Positions 29,474 through 40,925 of a stretch of 64,000 nucleotides of DNA are shown piece after piece. Below the pieces are notes generated by a model that was not told where the DNA came from, made no database searches, and saw only the letters and a program-made list of their open reading frames with translations. The DNA is from an uncultured Pelagibacteraceae bacterium (GTDB taxonomy: Bacteria; Pseudomonadota; Alphaproteobacteria; Pelagibacterales; Pelagibacteraceae). The stretch spans positions 13,630-77,629 of the forward strand of contig CACKYN010000002.1 in NCBI GenBank assembly GCA_902604355.1, given 5' to 3'. How positions within the stretch are numbered: position 1 is the first letter of the stretch; every line of letters begins with the position of its first letter. The translations under genes and the position numbers were made by a program.

Positions 29474-31294
29474 ATGTGTGGTATAATTGGTATTTCAAGT
29501 AATAAGTCTGTATCAGTGAGTATTATCAACTCATTGAAAAAGCTTGAGTACAGGGGTTACGACTCTGCTGGAATAGCAACTCTTTTTGATGGTGAAATAA
29601 CGGAGGTAAAGTCTGAGGGAAGAGTAAATGTTTTAGAAGAAAATTTTGATTTAAAAAATTTAAAAGGTAATATTGGAATTGGTCATGTTAGATGGGCCAC
29701 TCATGGAGCACCAAACAGTATTAATGCTCACCCACATTCTTCCGATAATGTTTCTGTTGTGCACAATGGAATTATTGAAAATTCAACAATATTAAAAAAA
29801 TATCTGACAAGCAAAGGTCATATATTTAAATCTCAAACTGATACAGAAGTTATAGTCCATTTAATTACAGAAAATTTAAAAACTGATGAATTGGATTTAG
29901 CTATTACAAAAACATTAAAACAGCTTCATGGAAGTTTTGCCTTAGGAATTATTTTTAAGGATAGTCCAAACTTAATTGTTGGGGCCAGAAGAGGTTCACC
30001 CTTAGCTGTTGGTTATGGACCAAATGAAAATTATTTAGGATCAGACTCATATGCTTTAAAGGCGATGACAAATAAAATTACATATCTTGATGATGGTGAA
30101 TTTTGTATTATTAGAAATGATCAAGTCCTTTTTTTTAATGAAGATGGAAAAAAGATAAATAAAAAAATTATGGAACTATCTTCAGATGAATCTAGTTATG
30201 AAAAAGGTGAATTTAAACATTTTATGGCTAAGGAAATCGAAGAGCAACCAACAACAATTAAAACTGGAATTAAAGAGTACATAGATAAAACAAATTTAGA
30301 TATAAATATTTATAATTTTCCATGGAAAGTAGATGAAATTAATTCTATTACTTTAATTGGTTGTGGTACTGCTTACCATTCGTGTCTGATGGCAAAATAT
30401 TGGTTTGAAAATTTAACTCAACTAGACGTAAATATTGATATTGCCTCAGAATTTAGATACCGAAAAAATAGATTTAAGAAAGATTCTTTATATATATTTG
30501 TATCACAATCTGGAGAAACAGCAGATACTTATGCAGCACTAGACCTATGTAACAGAAATAAAATGAAAACTTGTGCTGTAGTGAATGTAATTGAAAGCTC
30601 GATTGCAAGAGACTCTAATTTTGTATTGCCAATTCATTGTGGACCTGAAATTGGTGTTGCATCAACAAAAGCTTTTTTAGGCCAAATATTAATTTTATAT
30701 ATTTTAGCTTTAAAATTTGGAGACTTAAGAAAAGAAACTAACAAAGAAAATTATAAAAATAAGATTAAAGGCTTACTTAACTTACCAAGTTTGATTGAAA
30801 AGTCTTTATTAATGGATAATGATATTCAAGCAATATCTTCCACTTTTAATGAAGCAAAAGGCTCAATGTTTTTGGGTAGAGGTTTTTCATATCCAATTGC
30901 ACTTGAAGGTGCTTTAAAATTAAAAGAATTATCTTATGTCCACGCAGAAGGTTATCCAGCTGGTGAAATGAAACATGGTCCATTAGCATTGATAGAAGAT
31001 GGAATGCCGGTTGTAGTTTTGGCCCCAAGAGATAGTTATTATAAAAAAACAATTTCAAACATGCAGGAAGTAATAGCAAGAGGAGCAAAAGTTTTATTAA
31101 TTACAAATAAGAGTAAAGATGAAATTATTTCTGAGAATATTTGGGAAACAATTGAAGTTGAAAATACAAACGATGATTTATTACCTTTTCTTTTGACTAT
31201 ACCTCTACAAAAACTAGCTTATTACTCAGCTCTACAAAAAGGATATGACATCGATAAGCCAAGAAATTTGGCTAAATCTGTCACTGTTGAATAA
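29474..31294 (+). CDS. glmS: Glutamine--fructose-6-phosphate aminotransferase
   Basis: MCGIIG, LEYRGYDSAG, SQSGETAD, PRNLAKSVTVE. Confidence 0.97.
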   Translation: MCGIIGISSNKSVSVSIINSLKKLEYRGYDSAGIATLFDGEITEVKSEGRVNVLEENFDLKNLKGNIGIGHVRWATHGAPNSINAHPHSSDNVSVVHNGIIENSTILKKYLTSKGHIFKSQTDTEVIVHLITENLKTDELDLAITKTLKQLHGSFALGIIFKDSPNLIVGARRGSPLAVGYGPNENYLGSDSYALKAMTNKITYLDDGEFCIIRNDQVLFFNEDGKKINKKIMELSSDESSYEKGEFKHFMAKEIEEQPTTIKTGIKEYIDKTNLDINIYNFPWKVDEINSITLIGCGTAYHSCLMAKYWFENLTQLDVNIDIASEFRYRKNRFKKDSLYIFVSQSGETADTYAALDLCNRNKMKTCAVVNVIESSIARDSNFVLPIHCGPEIGVASTKAFLGQILILYILALKFGDLRKETNKENYKNKIKGLLNLPSLIEKSLLMDNDIQAISSTFNEAKGSMFLGRGFSYPIALEGALKLKELSYVHAEGYPAGEMKHGPLALIEDGMPVVVLAPRDSYYKKTISNMQEVIARGAKVLLITNKSKDEIISENIWETIEVENTNDDLLPFLLTIPLQKLAYYSALQKGYDIDKPRNLAKSVTVE

Positions 31295-31329
31295 AGCATA
31301 AACTCTGTTAAAACACTTTCAGGTTGCAT

Positions 31330-32709
31330 ATGAAAAATTGGAAAAAAAATAGTTGGAGAAAATATCCTGTTAAACATATACCAGAGTATCCTGATAAAAA
31401 AGAATTGGATACTGTTCTGGATAAGATAGGAACGTTTCCACCATTAGTTTTTGCAGGAGAGACTAGACATTTAAAAGATCAACTTGCTGAAGTTGTAGAC
31501 GGAAAAGCTTTTCTTCTTCAAGGCGGAGATTGTGCTGAAAGTTTTGCTGAATTTAATCCAGACAATATAAGAGACACATTTAAACTATTGTTACAGATGT
31601 CGTTAGTTTTAACATATTCAGCGTCCTTACCGGTTGTGAAACTTGGAAGAATTGCTGGTCAATTTTCAAAACCGAGAAGTTCACCAATTGAAACAAAAAA
31701 TGGAGTTGAGCTTCCTAGTTATTTAGGAGACAATATTAATGGAATGGAATTTACTGAAAAAGCAAGAATTCCTGATCCTAAAAGATTATTTAAAGCTTAT
31801 TCTCAATCAGCTGCAACGCTTAATCTTATAAGAGCATTTTCAAAAGGAGGTTTTGCAGATTTAAACAAAGTACATTTGTGGAACCTAGATTATATTAAAA
31901 AAAGTCCACAAGCTAAAAAATTTAAAGAACTTGAAGATAAAATTGCTGATGCAATAGCTTTTATGAGAGCATGTGGAATTACATCAGATTTTAATAACAG
32001 ACTTTACACTGTTAATTTTTGGACGTCACATGAGGCATTATTATTACCTTTTGAAGAGTCAATGACAAGAACAGACTCTACGACAGGTGAATACCATGAT
32101 ACCTCAGCTCATTTTGTCTGGATTGGAGATAGAACTAGGCAATTAGATGGTGGACATGTTGAATTTTGTAGAGGAATAGAAAATCCAATTGGAATTAAGT
32201 GTGGACCAACTTTAAAAGCTGATGATCTTATAAATTTGTGTAAGAGGATTAATCCATCAAATGAAAAAGGTAAAATTACTCTAATATCAAGATTTGGAGC
32301 AGATAACGTATCAAAACATTTACCTAAACTTATTCGAGCAATTAAAAAAGAAGGACTTAATGTAATTTGGTCTTGTGATCCATGTCATGGTAACACTATA
32401 CAAGCAGTTACTGGATTTAAAACAAGACCTTTCAATAAAGTCTTAAAAGAAGTTAAAGATGTTTTTGCTTGTCATCAAAGTGAAGGAAGCTATGCAGGAG
32501 GCCTTCATATTGAGCTTACTGGTCAAAATGTAACAGAATGTATAGGAGGTGCTCAAAAAATATCTGAGCAAGACCTATCATCAAGATATCATACTCATTG
32601 CGACCCAAGATTGAATTCAAATCAGGCTTTGGAATTAGCTTTTTTAATATCTGATGAGATTAAAAAGAATAGCTCTTATTCAAAAAATGCAAATAGAGCG
32701 GCATCTTAA
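31330..32709 (+). CDS. Class II DAHP synthase
   Basis: LQGGDCAESF, GQFSKPRS, WIGDRTRQ, CDPRLN; start 31330 (ATG) or 31324 (TTG). Confidence 0.93.
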   Translation: MKNWKKNSWRKYPVKHIPEYPDKKELDTVLDKIGTFPPLVFAGETRHLKDQLAEVVDGKAFLLQGGDCAESFAEFNPDNIRDTFKLLLQMSLVLTYSASLPVVKLGRIAGQFSKPRSSPIETKNGVELPSYLGDNINGMEFTEKARIPDPKRLFKAYSQSAATLNLIRAFSKGGFADLNKVHLWNLDYIKKSPQAKKFKELEDKIADAIAFMRACGITSDFNNRLYTVNFWTSHEALLLPFEESMTRTDSTTGEYHDTSAHFVWIGDRTRQLDGGHVEFCRGIENPIGIKCGPTLKADDLINLCKRINPSNEKGKITLISRFGADNVSKHLPKLIRAIKKEGLNVIWSCDPCHGNTIQAVTGFKTRPFNKVLKEVKDVFACHQSEGSYAGGLHIELTGQNVTECIGGAQKISEQDLSSRYHTHCDPRLNSNQALELAFLISDEIKKNSSYSKNANRAAS

Positions 32710-32747
32710 AACATTGCAAAATCATAAATAATTAATATTTAAGTGAT

Positions 32748-33485
32748 ATGAATACTTCTGAAAAAGCTAAATTTATTTCTAATTGGATTAAAGATTATGC
32801 TAATAAGATGCCATCTAAAGCAGAGTCTTTAGTAATAGGTATATCAGGGGGAATAGACTCCTCAGTATCAAGCACTTTAAGTGCTATGACAGGTTTAAAA
32901 ACAATTGTTTTATCCATGCCGATTAAGCAAAAATCCTACCAGCATGATTTAAGTTTAAAACATCAAGAATGGTTAGTTAAAAATTTTAAAAATGTTGAAG
33001 GACACACAGTTAACTTAGATGAATTATTTTTAGCTTTTAGTGCCAGTTTATCTAAATTTGATAACGAACATGGGATGGCAAATTCAAGAGCAAGATTAAG
33101 AATGACAACTCTTTACCAGGTAGCTGCTGCTAATAAAGGAATTGTTGTAGGAACAGGAAACAAAGTCGAAGATTTTGGAGTAGGGTTTTATACTAAGTAT
33201 GGAGATGGTGGAGTAGATATATCACCAATAGCCGACTGTAATAAAACTCAAATTTGGGAACTAGGAAAGGAACTTGGAATTTTAAACGAAATAATTGAAG
33301 CTGCACCAACTGATGGATTATGGGATGATGGTAGAACTGACGAAGGTCAACTAGGTTTAAAATATGAAGAATTAGAGGAGGCTATGGCTAATCCCAATTC
33401 TCCGAATCGAGCTAAATACGAAACTATAAGAAAACAAAATATGCATAAAATGGAGCCTATTCCAGTATGCATAATTCCAAATTAA
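32748..33485 (+). CDS. nadE: NH3-dependent NAD+ synthetase
   Basis: GISGGIDS, RARLRM, TKYGDGG, PTDGLW. Confidence 0.93.
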   Translation: MNTSEKAKFISNWIKDYANKMPSKAESLVIGISGGIDSSVSSTLSAMTGLKTIVLSMPIKQKSYQHDLSLKHQEWLVKNFKNVEGHTVNLDELFLAFSASLSKFDNEHGMANSRARLRMTTLYQVAAANKGIVVGTGNKVEDFGVGFYTKYGDGGVDISPIADCNKTQIWELGKELGILNEIIEAAPTDGLWDDGRTDEGQLGLKYEELEEAMANPNSPNRAKYETIRKQNMHKMEPIPVCIIPN

Positions 33486-33530
33486 TCAAATAGATTCACA
33501 AATCTATTTTTTAAGTATATTCCTAAAATC

Positions 33531-34886
33531 ATGAGTGATGATATTTTTTTAACTAATAATCTAAGCAACAAAAAAGAAAAATTTGTTCCTATAGATAAAA
33601 AAAATATTAGAATGTACGTTTGTGGTCCAACCGTATACGACGATCCTCATATTGGTAATGCAAGACCAATAGTTATTTTTGATATTCTTTATAAAATTTT
33701 TAAGAAAAAATATTCAAAAGTTACTTATGTTAGAAATATAACTGATATTGACGATAAAATTATAAATTCATCAAAGAAAAAAAATATTTCAATTTCTGAA
33801 TTGACCAAGACTATAATTAATAGTTTTGACAAAGATTGTAATTACTTAAATTGTGATATCCCAACACATCAACCTAAAGCAACAGAGTATATAGATATAA
33901 TGATCGAAATGATTTCTGACTTAACAAAAAAAGGATTTGCTTATGAGGAAAATCAGCATGTGTATTTTGAAGTAAATAAATTTAAAGATTATGGAAAACT
34001 TTCAAATAAAAATCTTAATGAATTAATTGCCGGTTCAAGAGTTGAAGTAAGTGATAATAAAAAGAATTCACAAGATTTTGTTCTGTGGAAACCTTCTAAA
34101 GATGATGAGCCTTCTTGGGAGTCACCTTGGGGTAAAGGACGACCTGGTTGGCATTTAGAATGTTCTGCTATGTCAAAAAAGCTTCTTGGAAATGAGTTTG
34201 ATATTCATGGAGGTGGTATAGACTTAATGTTCCCACATCATGAAAATGAAATTGCACAATCAAGGTGTGCAAATGATACAAAAGTTTTTGCAAATTATTG
34301 GTTGCATAATGCATTTATAACAATGTCCAATGAAAAAATGGCAAAATCGCAAGGTAATATTTTAAAAATAAAGGATTTTAGGAATAAAATAAGTGGTCAA
34401 GTATTAAGATTGGCTTTAATGAGTGCACATTATAAACAACCATTGGACTGGAATGATAAACTTTTAAAAGATTGTCAAAATACAATTAGTAAATGGTATA
34501 ATATTTACTCATCTGATAATCATAAAGAAAAAGTTGATGATGATATTCTAAAACCACTTTATGACGATTTAAATACACCAGGCTACATTGCCAACCTCCA
34601 TAAATTGTATGAGAAAGCACAAAAAGGTAATTCCACTGACAAAGCATTATTTACCTCTGCATGTAACTTTGTAGGTTTATTAAATGAAACAGAAATCGAA
34701 TGGTTAGAATTTAGGAAAAATAAACTTTCAATAAATGAAGCTGAAATTTTAGATAAAATTAATCAAAGAAATAAAGCTAGGGAAGATAAAAACTATAAAG
34801 AAGCAGATAAAATAAGAGATGAGCTTTTCGACAAAGGTGTTTTAATAGAAGATAAAGATGATAAAACCACGTGGAAATTTAAATGA
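33531..34886 (+). CDS. cysS: Cysteinyl-tRNA synthetase
   Basis: CGPTVYD, HIGN, GRPGWHLEC, KMAKS. Confidence 0.96.
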   Translation: MSDDIFLTNNLSNKKEKFVPIDKKNIRMYVCGPTVYDDPHIGNARPIVIFDILYKIFKKKYSKVTYVRNITDIDDKIINSSKKKNISISELTKTIINSFDKDCNYLNCDIPTHQPKATEYIDIMIEMISDLTKKGFAYEENQHVYFEVNKFKDYGKLSNKNLNELIAGSRVEVSDNKKNSQDFVLWKPSKDDEPSWESPWGKGRPGWHLECSAMSKKLLGNEFDIHGGGIDLMFPHHENEIAQSRCANDTKVFANYWLHNAFITMSNEKMAKSQGNILKIKDFRNKISGQVLRLALMSAHYKQPLDWNDKLLKDCQNTISKWYNIYSSDNHKEKVDDDILKPLYDDLNTPGYIANLHKLYEKAQKGNSTDKALFTSACNFVGLLNETEIEWLEFRKNKLSINEAEILDKINQRNKAREDKNYKEADKIRDELFDKGVLIEDKDDKTTWKFK

Positions 34887-36484
34887 TTAAAGAGCAACTA
34901 TATATATTTGACACCACTCTTAGAGACGGAGCACAAACGCAAGGTGTAGATTTTTCAATTGATGACAAAGAGAAAATATCATCTTCTTTAGATGAGCTTG
35001 GTGTTGATTATATAGAAGGGGGTTGGCCCGGAGCAAATCCAACAGATACCGAATTTTTTAACAAAGACCACAATTTTAAATCAGCTAACTTGACTGCCTT
35101 TGGAATGACCAAGAAATCAGAACATAGCGCTGAAAATGATCCAATGTTATCTTCTTTAATTAATTCAAAAAGTAAATCAGTTTGCTTATTTGGAAAGTCA
35201 TGGGATTTTCAAGTTGAAATAGCGCTTGGTATTTCAAAAAAGGACAACCTAAACAATATTACCGAAAGTGCAAAACACATCGTTAAATCAGGTAAAGAAT
35301 TTATGTTTGATGCTGAACATTTTTTTGATGGATATAAAGCAAATGCTGATTATGCGCTTGCTTGTATAAAATCTGCTTATGATAATGGAGCACGATGGAT
35401 AGTCCTGTGCGATACAAATGGTGGAACACTTCCTCATGAAGTTGAAAAAATTATCTCGGATGTCACAAAACATGTACCAGGAAAAAATTTAGGAATTCAT
35501 GCACACAATGATACAGAAAATGCAGTTGCAAATAGTTTAACCGCAGTTCAAGCTGGTGTGAGACAAGTTCAAGGAACTATAAATGGGTTAGGTGAAAGAT
35601 GTGGTAATGCAAATTTAACATCTTTGATCCCAACTTTTTTTTTAAAAAAAGATTTTTATGAAAATTACAAACTAAATATTAAACGCAAAAATTTGAAAAA
35701 TTTAACACAATGCTCTAGATTATTAGATGAATTACTCAATAGAAAACCTAATAAGCACTTACCATATGTCGGTGCATCTGCTTTTTCTCACAAAGGGGGA
35801 ATGCATGTTTCTGCTGTCCAAAAGGATCCAAAAACTTATGAACACATAAATCCTGAGGAGGTAGGAAACTCTAGAAATATAGTTGTTTCAGACCAATCAG
35901 GGCAGTCTAATATTATGTCTAGATTAAATTTAATAGGCATAAAGGTAGAGAAAAATGATCCTAAAATAAAAAAACTTCTTGAAGAGGTAAAAGATAGAGA
36001 ATTTATAGGATATAGTTACGACGGTGCAGATGCTTCTTTTGAATTACTGGCACGAAGATTAATGGGCGACATACCAAGATATATTTCAATTAATGAATAT
36101 GATGTTTCTGTTAAAAAGGACAAATCGGGAGAAATTATCTCTTATGCAAAGGCCAAATTAGAAGTAGATGGCCAAAAAATATTATGCGAGGGAGAAGGGA
36201 ATGGACCGGTTAATGCTTTGGATAACGCAATTAGAAAAAATGTTAATAAACTTGATAAGTATTCTGAATATTTAAAAGATTTAAGATTAGTTGATTATAA
36301 GGTAAGAATTTTAAATACGGGAACTGAAGCGGTTACTAGAGTTAGTATTGAAAGCACCGACTCCAAAGGATTAAATTGGTTTACGATAGGTGTCTCACCA
36401 AATATTATAGATGCATCCTTTAAGGCACTCATTGATAGTTTAGATTACAAATTATTTAAAGATAAAGCTCCAGCTAGTCTTTAG
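34883..36484 (+). CDS. cimA: Citramalate synthase
   Basis: DTTLRDGAQ, EGGWPGANP, DAEHFFDG, GERCGNANL, HKGG.H. Confidence 0.9.
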   Translation: MIKEQLYIFDTTLRDGAQTQGVDFSIDDKEKISSSLDELGVDYIEGGWPGANPTDTEFFNKDHNFKSANLTAFGMTKKSEHSAENDPMLSSLINSKSKSVCLFGKSWDFQVEIALGISKKDNLNNITESAKHIVKSGKEFMFDAEHFFDGYKANADYALACIKSAYDNGARWIVLCDTNGGTLPHEVEKIISDVTKHVPGKNLGIHAHNDTENAVANSLTAVQAGVRQVQGTINGLGERCGNANLTSLIPTFFLKKDFYENYKLNIKRKNLKNLTQCSRLLDELLNRKPNKHLPYVGASAFSHKGGMHVSAVQKDPKTYEHINPEEVGNSRNIVVSDQSGQSNIMSRLNLIGIKVEKNDPKIKKLLEEVKDREFIGYSYDGADASFELLARRLMGDIPRYISINEYDVSVKKDKSGEIISYAKAKLEVDGQKILCEGEGNGPVNALDNAIRKNVNKLDKYSEYLKDLRLVDYKVRILNTGTEAVTRVSIESTDSKGLNWFTIGVSPNIIDASFKALIDSLDYKLFKDKAPASL

Positions 36485-36486
36485 GC

Positions 36487-37350
36487 ATGAAGATTAAAAA
36501 ATTTTCTACCAAACCCTTAGATATCAATGAGAGAATTGGTGCAAAACCAGTTGTTTGTTATCCAAATAATAATATTGAAGAAAAAAACTTAAATATTTTA
36601 CATTTAGCTCGAAAAAATTTGAATAAAAAAGATGAAATAATAATTTCTCCAAGAGACGCTAAAACATTTCAAGTTAAAAGGGGCGAATTCTTTAGAATAG
36701 AAAGCATAGAAGGACCTCAAGTAGGAGATTTAAATCTTTTTAATTTAAATAACTTAAATGAAAAATTTTATTCTGGGAAAACTAGAGCACTTTATGGAAC
36801 ACACCTTTCAGTAGGGGATAAAATGTTTAGTAGTTTTCCTTATTTAAGATCTTTAGCAACTATTACATGGGATACATTAGATTGGTATGATTATGATAAT
36901 GATGGCGGATCTGTACATGATGTAATTGGAACTAGATGCGATCCTTATACTTCAAAACTTTTAATGGGTAACGATTATCATTATTGCTGTCATTCAAATC
37001 TAACTAGAGCATTAGTTAAAGAAAAAAAATTTAAAATTGATGAAGCTGAAAAAATGGTTCATGATGTTTTAAATGTTTTTATGTTAACTGGATTTACTAA
37101 TGATACTAAACAATATTTTATGAAGGCAAGTCCTGTGAGACCAGGTGATTTCTTAGAATTTTTTGCAGAGACTGATCTATTAGGAGCTCTATCAGCTTGC
37201 CCTGGTGGAGATTGTGGATCTGAACATTCCTCTGATGCAGCAAAATGTTATCCATTAAAAGTGAGTATATGGCAAACGGATGAAAAATATTTAAAAGATC
37301 TAGATACACCTGAAATTTCAAATTATGACAGAAGTCATGGTATAGAATAG
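36487..37350 (+). CDS. DUF1989/urea carboxylase-associated family protein
   Basis: GPQVGDLNL, HDVIGTRC, HYCCHSNL, LSACPGGD. Confidence 0.8.
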   Translation: MKIKKFSTKPLDINERIGAKPVVCYPNNNIEEKNLNILHLARKNLNKKDEIIISPRDAKTFQVKRGEFFRIESIEGPQVGDLNLFNLNNLNEKFYSGKTRALYGTHLSVGDKMFSSFPYLRSLATITWDTLDWYDYDNDGGSVHDVIGTRCDPYTSKLLMGNDYHYCCHSNLTRALVKEKKFKIDEAEKMVHDVLNVFMLTGFTNDTKQYFMKASPVRPGDFLEFFAETDLLGALSACPGGDCGSEHSSDAAKCYPLKVSIWQTDEKYLKDLDTPEISNYDRSHGIE

Positions 37351-38066
37351 TGATGTCAAATAATAATATTTCATTTATTTTACATAAACCTCAACTATCA
37401 GAAAATATCGGTGCCTGTGCAAGAGCTATGAAAAATTTTAATTTTCAAAAAATGATTGTTGTAGACCCAAAACCCATTTTCCCAAATGATAAAATTTTAG
37501 CTACATCTGTGGGAGCAAAAAATATAATAAGAAAAAGTAAAAATTTTAATACTTTGGAGACTGCTTTAAAAAATACTGATTTAGTAATTGCTACTTCAGC
37601 AAGATTTAGAAATAAAAATATTAAACATATTCAGTTAGAGGATTTAAGGAAAATTGATTATAAAAAAAAAGTGGCTTTCTTATTTGGATCTGAAGCTTCA
37701 GGACTATCAAATAATGAGATGAGTTATGCAAATTATACTCTTCAGATTCCAACTCACCCTGATTTTAAATCTCTGAACTTGTCTCATAGTTTAATTATAA
37801 TTGCTCAATTTGTACATAGCATCATTAACTCAAAGGTTTTTAGATTTAAAAAATCTAAAAAAATAAAGTCAGCCTCAAAAAAAGACCTATTATCAATGAC
37901 CAATTTATGTATCAAAAATTTAGAGGACATAGGGTTTTTCAAACCAAAAGAAAAGAAATCTATAATGCTGGAGAACTTAAGAAACATTTTTTATAGAATG
38001 GAATTATCCTCAAAGGAAACTCGTATTTTATCAAGTGTATTTGCGAGTTTAGGAAAAAAACGTTGA
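37350..38066 (+). CDS. tRNA/rRNA SPOUT methyltransferase (TrmJ/LasT)
   Basis: PQLSENIGACARAM.NF, FGSE.SGL.N.E, SLNLSH. Confidence 0.88.
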   Translation: MMSNNNISFILHKPQLSENIGACARAMKNFNFQKMIVVDPKPIFPNDKILATSVGAKNIIRKSKNFNTLETALKNTDLVIATSARFRNKNIKHIQLEDLRKIDYKKKVAFLFGSEASGLSNNEMSYANYTLQIPTHPDFKSLNLSHSLIIIAQFVHSIINSKVFRFKKSKKIKSASKKDLLSMTNLCIKNLEDIGFFKPKEKKSIMLENLRNIFYRMELSSKETRILSSVFASLGKKR

Positions 38067-38094
38067 TTGACAAAACAATGAGTAAGTTTATAAC
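38067..38094 (+). promoter_or_regulatory. sigma70 promoter of rpsD
   Basis: TTGACA-N16-TATAAC ending 12 nt before the ATG. Confidence 0.65.
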
Positions 38095-38106
38095 CGCCTC
38101 TATTAA

Positions 38107-38724
38107 ATGACAAAAAGATTAAACTCTAAACATAAAGTAGATAGAAGGTTAAAGGTTAACCTTTGGGGAAGACCTAAAAGTCCATTTAACACTAGAGCTT
38201 ATGGACCAGGTCAACATGGCCAAACTAGAACTTCAAAACCGTCAGATTATGGGATTCAATTACAAGCTAAACAAAAACTAAAAGCTTATTATGGCAACAT
38301 AAACGAAAGACAATTTAGAAATATTTATAAAAAAGCAGTAATGCTCAAAGGTGATACTGGTGAAAATTTAATAGGTTTACTTGAAAGAAGATTAGATGCA
38401 GTAATTTATAGAGCAAAATTCGCAACAACGATATTTTCAGCTAGACAATTAATTAATCATGGACATGTTAAGGTTAATGGTAAAAAGGTTAACATTGGAA
38501 GTTATTTGGTGAAAGAGGAAGACTCTATAGAGATAAGAGATAAGTCTAAACAGTTAGCGATTATTGATATTGCTCTTGCTAATAAGGAAAGAGAAACACC
38601 AGAATATCTTCAAATGGATGAAAAGAATAAAAAATTTAAATTTGTAAGAATTCCTAAATTTGATGAAGTTCCATATCCAATTGTGATGGAACCAAACTTG
38701 GTTATAGAATATTACTCAAGATAA
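38107..38724 (+). CDS. rpsD: 30S ribosomal protein S4
   Basis: PGQHG, SDYG.QL..KQK, LLERRLD, IEYYSR. Confidence 0.98.
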   Translation: MTKRLNSKHKVDRRLKVNLWGRPKSPFNTRAYGPGQHGQTRTSKPSDYGIQLQAKQKLKAYYGNINERQFRNIYKKAVMLKGDTGENLIGLLERRLDAVIYRAKFATTIFSARQLINHGHVKVNGKKVNIGSYLVKEEDSIEIRDKSKQLAIIDIALANKERETPEYLQMDEKNKKFKFVRIPKFDEVPYPIVMEPNLVIEYYSR

Positions 38725-40305
38725 TTGAGCTATAAAATTCAAAATACTAGTTTAATTTTATTAATAATTTATCTAATTGTAGGTATTTATTTAAGTATAA
38801 ATACCGGAATATCACATGATGAATATCACGAACAATTAAATTGGGAAATTAACATCAAGGCAATAAAAAATTTTTATGAAACTGGTACTTATAAAGATTT
38901 ATTAGAATACAAAGATAGATACCACGGAATTGGCTTTAATTTTTTAAGCCAACCTTTTCAATATTTAACCAAAGATCTTTTATTGAGTTACCTAGATGTA
39001 AGTGAATATGGGTCTATTTTAATATCTAAGCATCTAGTAATATTTACTTTGTTTTTTATATCAGGATTATTTTTTTACAAAATATGTCTAATTTTTTTTA
39101 ATAATAAAAATTTTGCATTAATTTCTTTATTTTTATTTTTATTATATCCATACTTTTTAGGTCACTCTTTAATAAACCCCAAAGATATTCCATTTTTATC
39201 TTTTTGGATTATCAGTACCTTTATTACATGCAAAATTTTAAAAAAACTTTATAAAGAAGAGACAGTCCCAATTAAATATTTAGTTTATTTATCTATTTCT
39301 ACCTCTTTTTTAATTTCCATAAGAGTTGTAGGTTTTTTGATTTTGCTACAGTTTCTTATTTTCATTATTACTTTTTGTGAAATTAAAAATAAAAGTTTTT
39401 TAAATCTTCTTAAAAGTAATATTAAAAATCTTATAATATTATTTTTTAATCTTGCTTTTTTTACATATCTTTTAAATCCTATTTTCTGGCACGACCCCAG
39501 AGAAGTAATCAACTCCTTGATATGGATGAGTAAATATCAACAAGATGTAAGCACCTTAACACTTGGTGAATATATGAAAGCGTTAAATTTACCAGCCAGT
39601 TATTATTTTATATGGCTATTTTTTAAGTTACCAATTTTAATAATTTTAGGATTTTTTTTGTTTCCTTTAATAGAAAAAAAACTTCTTAAAAATAACTTAA
39701 ATAAGATATTAACATATTCACTAATTTTCACTTGTTTAATAATTTTGCTACTTTTCATTTTGCTTGATGTTGCAATATATAATGAAATTAGACATTTGAT
39801 GTTTTTAATTCCTCTTATTTTCTTAATTTCATTAAATAATTTATATATGTGGAGTAGGAAATTTTTTTATTTTTCAGGTGTTTTATTTATTATTTTTTTT
39901 GTAATAGAAAATATTTCTATCAATCCCTATCAATATACATGGATGAATTCATTTTCAAAATTTTACAAAATAAATAAAAACTTTGAAGTTGATTATTGGG
40001 GTATTAGCAATAAGAATTTATACAATAAAATTGTTAAACATTCTTCTAAAAATAATTTCAATAAAAATAATTGTGTATATGGTGATCTGTACTCAAATGT
40101 TTTCTTAGAAAAACAAAACTTTAAATGTTTTAAAATGTACAGTGAATTAGATGCTGCTAAGCTGCGTCCTTATTATGTGATGAAAAATCATAGAAACCTT
40201 AAAAGATCTAATCCAAAAGATTGTAAATTAATCAGTAGTGAGCTTTATAAGTATTCATTTAGCAACCAAACAATTAATGTTGGATCTGCATGGTATTGCG
40301 ATTAA
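38725..40305 (+). CDS. Polytopic membrane protein, GT-C/PMT-like glycosyltransferase candidate
   Basis: Many TM segments, DE motif in first loop (SHDEYHE), NPKDIPF, DYWG. Confidence 0.6.
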   Translation: MSYKIQNTSLILLIIYLIVGIYLSINTGISHDEYHEQLNWEINIKAIKNFYETGTYKDLLEYKDRYHGIGFNFLSQPFQYLTKDLLLSYLDVSEYGSILISKHLVIFTLFFISGLFFYKICLIFFNNKNFALISLFLFLLYPYFLGHSLINPKDIPFLSFWIISTFITCKILKKLYKEETVPIKYLVYLSISTSFLISIRVVGFLILLQFLIFIITFCEIKNKSFLNLLKSNIKNLIILFFNLAFFTYLLNPIFWHDPREVINSLIWMSKYQQDVSTLTLGEYMKALNLPASYYFIWLFFKLPILIILGFFLFPLIEKKLLKNNLNKILTYSLIFTCLIILLLFILLDVAIYNEIRHLMFLIPLIFLISLNNLYMWSRKFFYFSGVLFIIFFVIENISINPYQYTWMNSFSKFYKINKNFEVDYWGISNKNLYNKIVKHSSKNNFNKNNCVYGDLYSNVFLEKQNFKCFKMYSELDAAKLRPYYVMKNHRNLKRSNPKDCKLISSELYKYSFSNQTINVGSAWYCD

Positions 40306-40568
40306 TTTTCACTATTCTTTAATTCAATAGTAATTTTTTGAATAAATTTATTTATTAATCTAGCATCTTCTTTTGACAGGTATCTATCTTTTTTTATAGC
40401 TTTTTTAATTTCTTCTCTTAACTTTTCTACTCCTTCTTTTCGGCCTTCTTTACTCAGAAAAATTTCACTTTGGTCAGTAATTTGTTTGATTTGTTTGGAA
40501 ATAGTGAACTCATAAATGACAACAATAGCAATAATTACAATGATGGTTTTATAAATGAATTGTTTCAT
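40302..40568 (-). CDS. Hypothetical single-TM protein
   Basis: N-terminal hydrophobic helix; co-oriented with grxD/bolA. Confidence 0.6.
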   Translation of the reverse strand: MKQFIYKTIIVIIAIVVIYEFTISKQIKQITDQSEIFLSKEGRKEGVEKLREEIKKAIKKDRYLSKEDARLINKFIQKITIELKNSEN

Positions 40569-40585
40569 TATTTGTGAAGAGGATG

Positions 40586-40924
40586 TTAGTTTTTACTTTT
40601 AAAGTTAATACCTTTGCTTTCAAATAGTTTTGCTAATTCTCCAGTTTCAAACATTTCTTTAACTATATCACACCCACCAACAAATACGTTTTTAACATAT
40701 AATTGTGGAATCGTAGGCCAGTCACTATAAACCTTGATACCTTCTCTAAGATTTTGGCTTTCTAAGACATTTATTCCTTTAAATTTTACTTCAAGCACTT
40801 TTAAAATATTGGATGTGGCCATTGAAAATCCACATTGAGGAGCATCTGGGGTTCCCTTCATAAATAAGCAAACTTCGTTATTTTCAATTTCATTTTTAAT
40901 TAAATCATTCGTTTGTTGGTCCAT
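40586..40924 (-). CDS. grxD: Monothiol glutaredoxin
   Basis: PQCGFS, WPTIPQLY, GGCDI. Confidence 0.95.
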   Translation of the reverse strand: MDQQTNDLIKNEIENNEVCLFMKGTPDAPQCGFSMATSNILKVLEVKFKGINVLESQNLREGIKVYSDWPTIPQLYVKNVFVGGCDIVKEMFETGELAKLFESKGINFKSKN

Positions 40925-40925
40925 T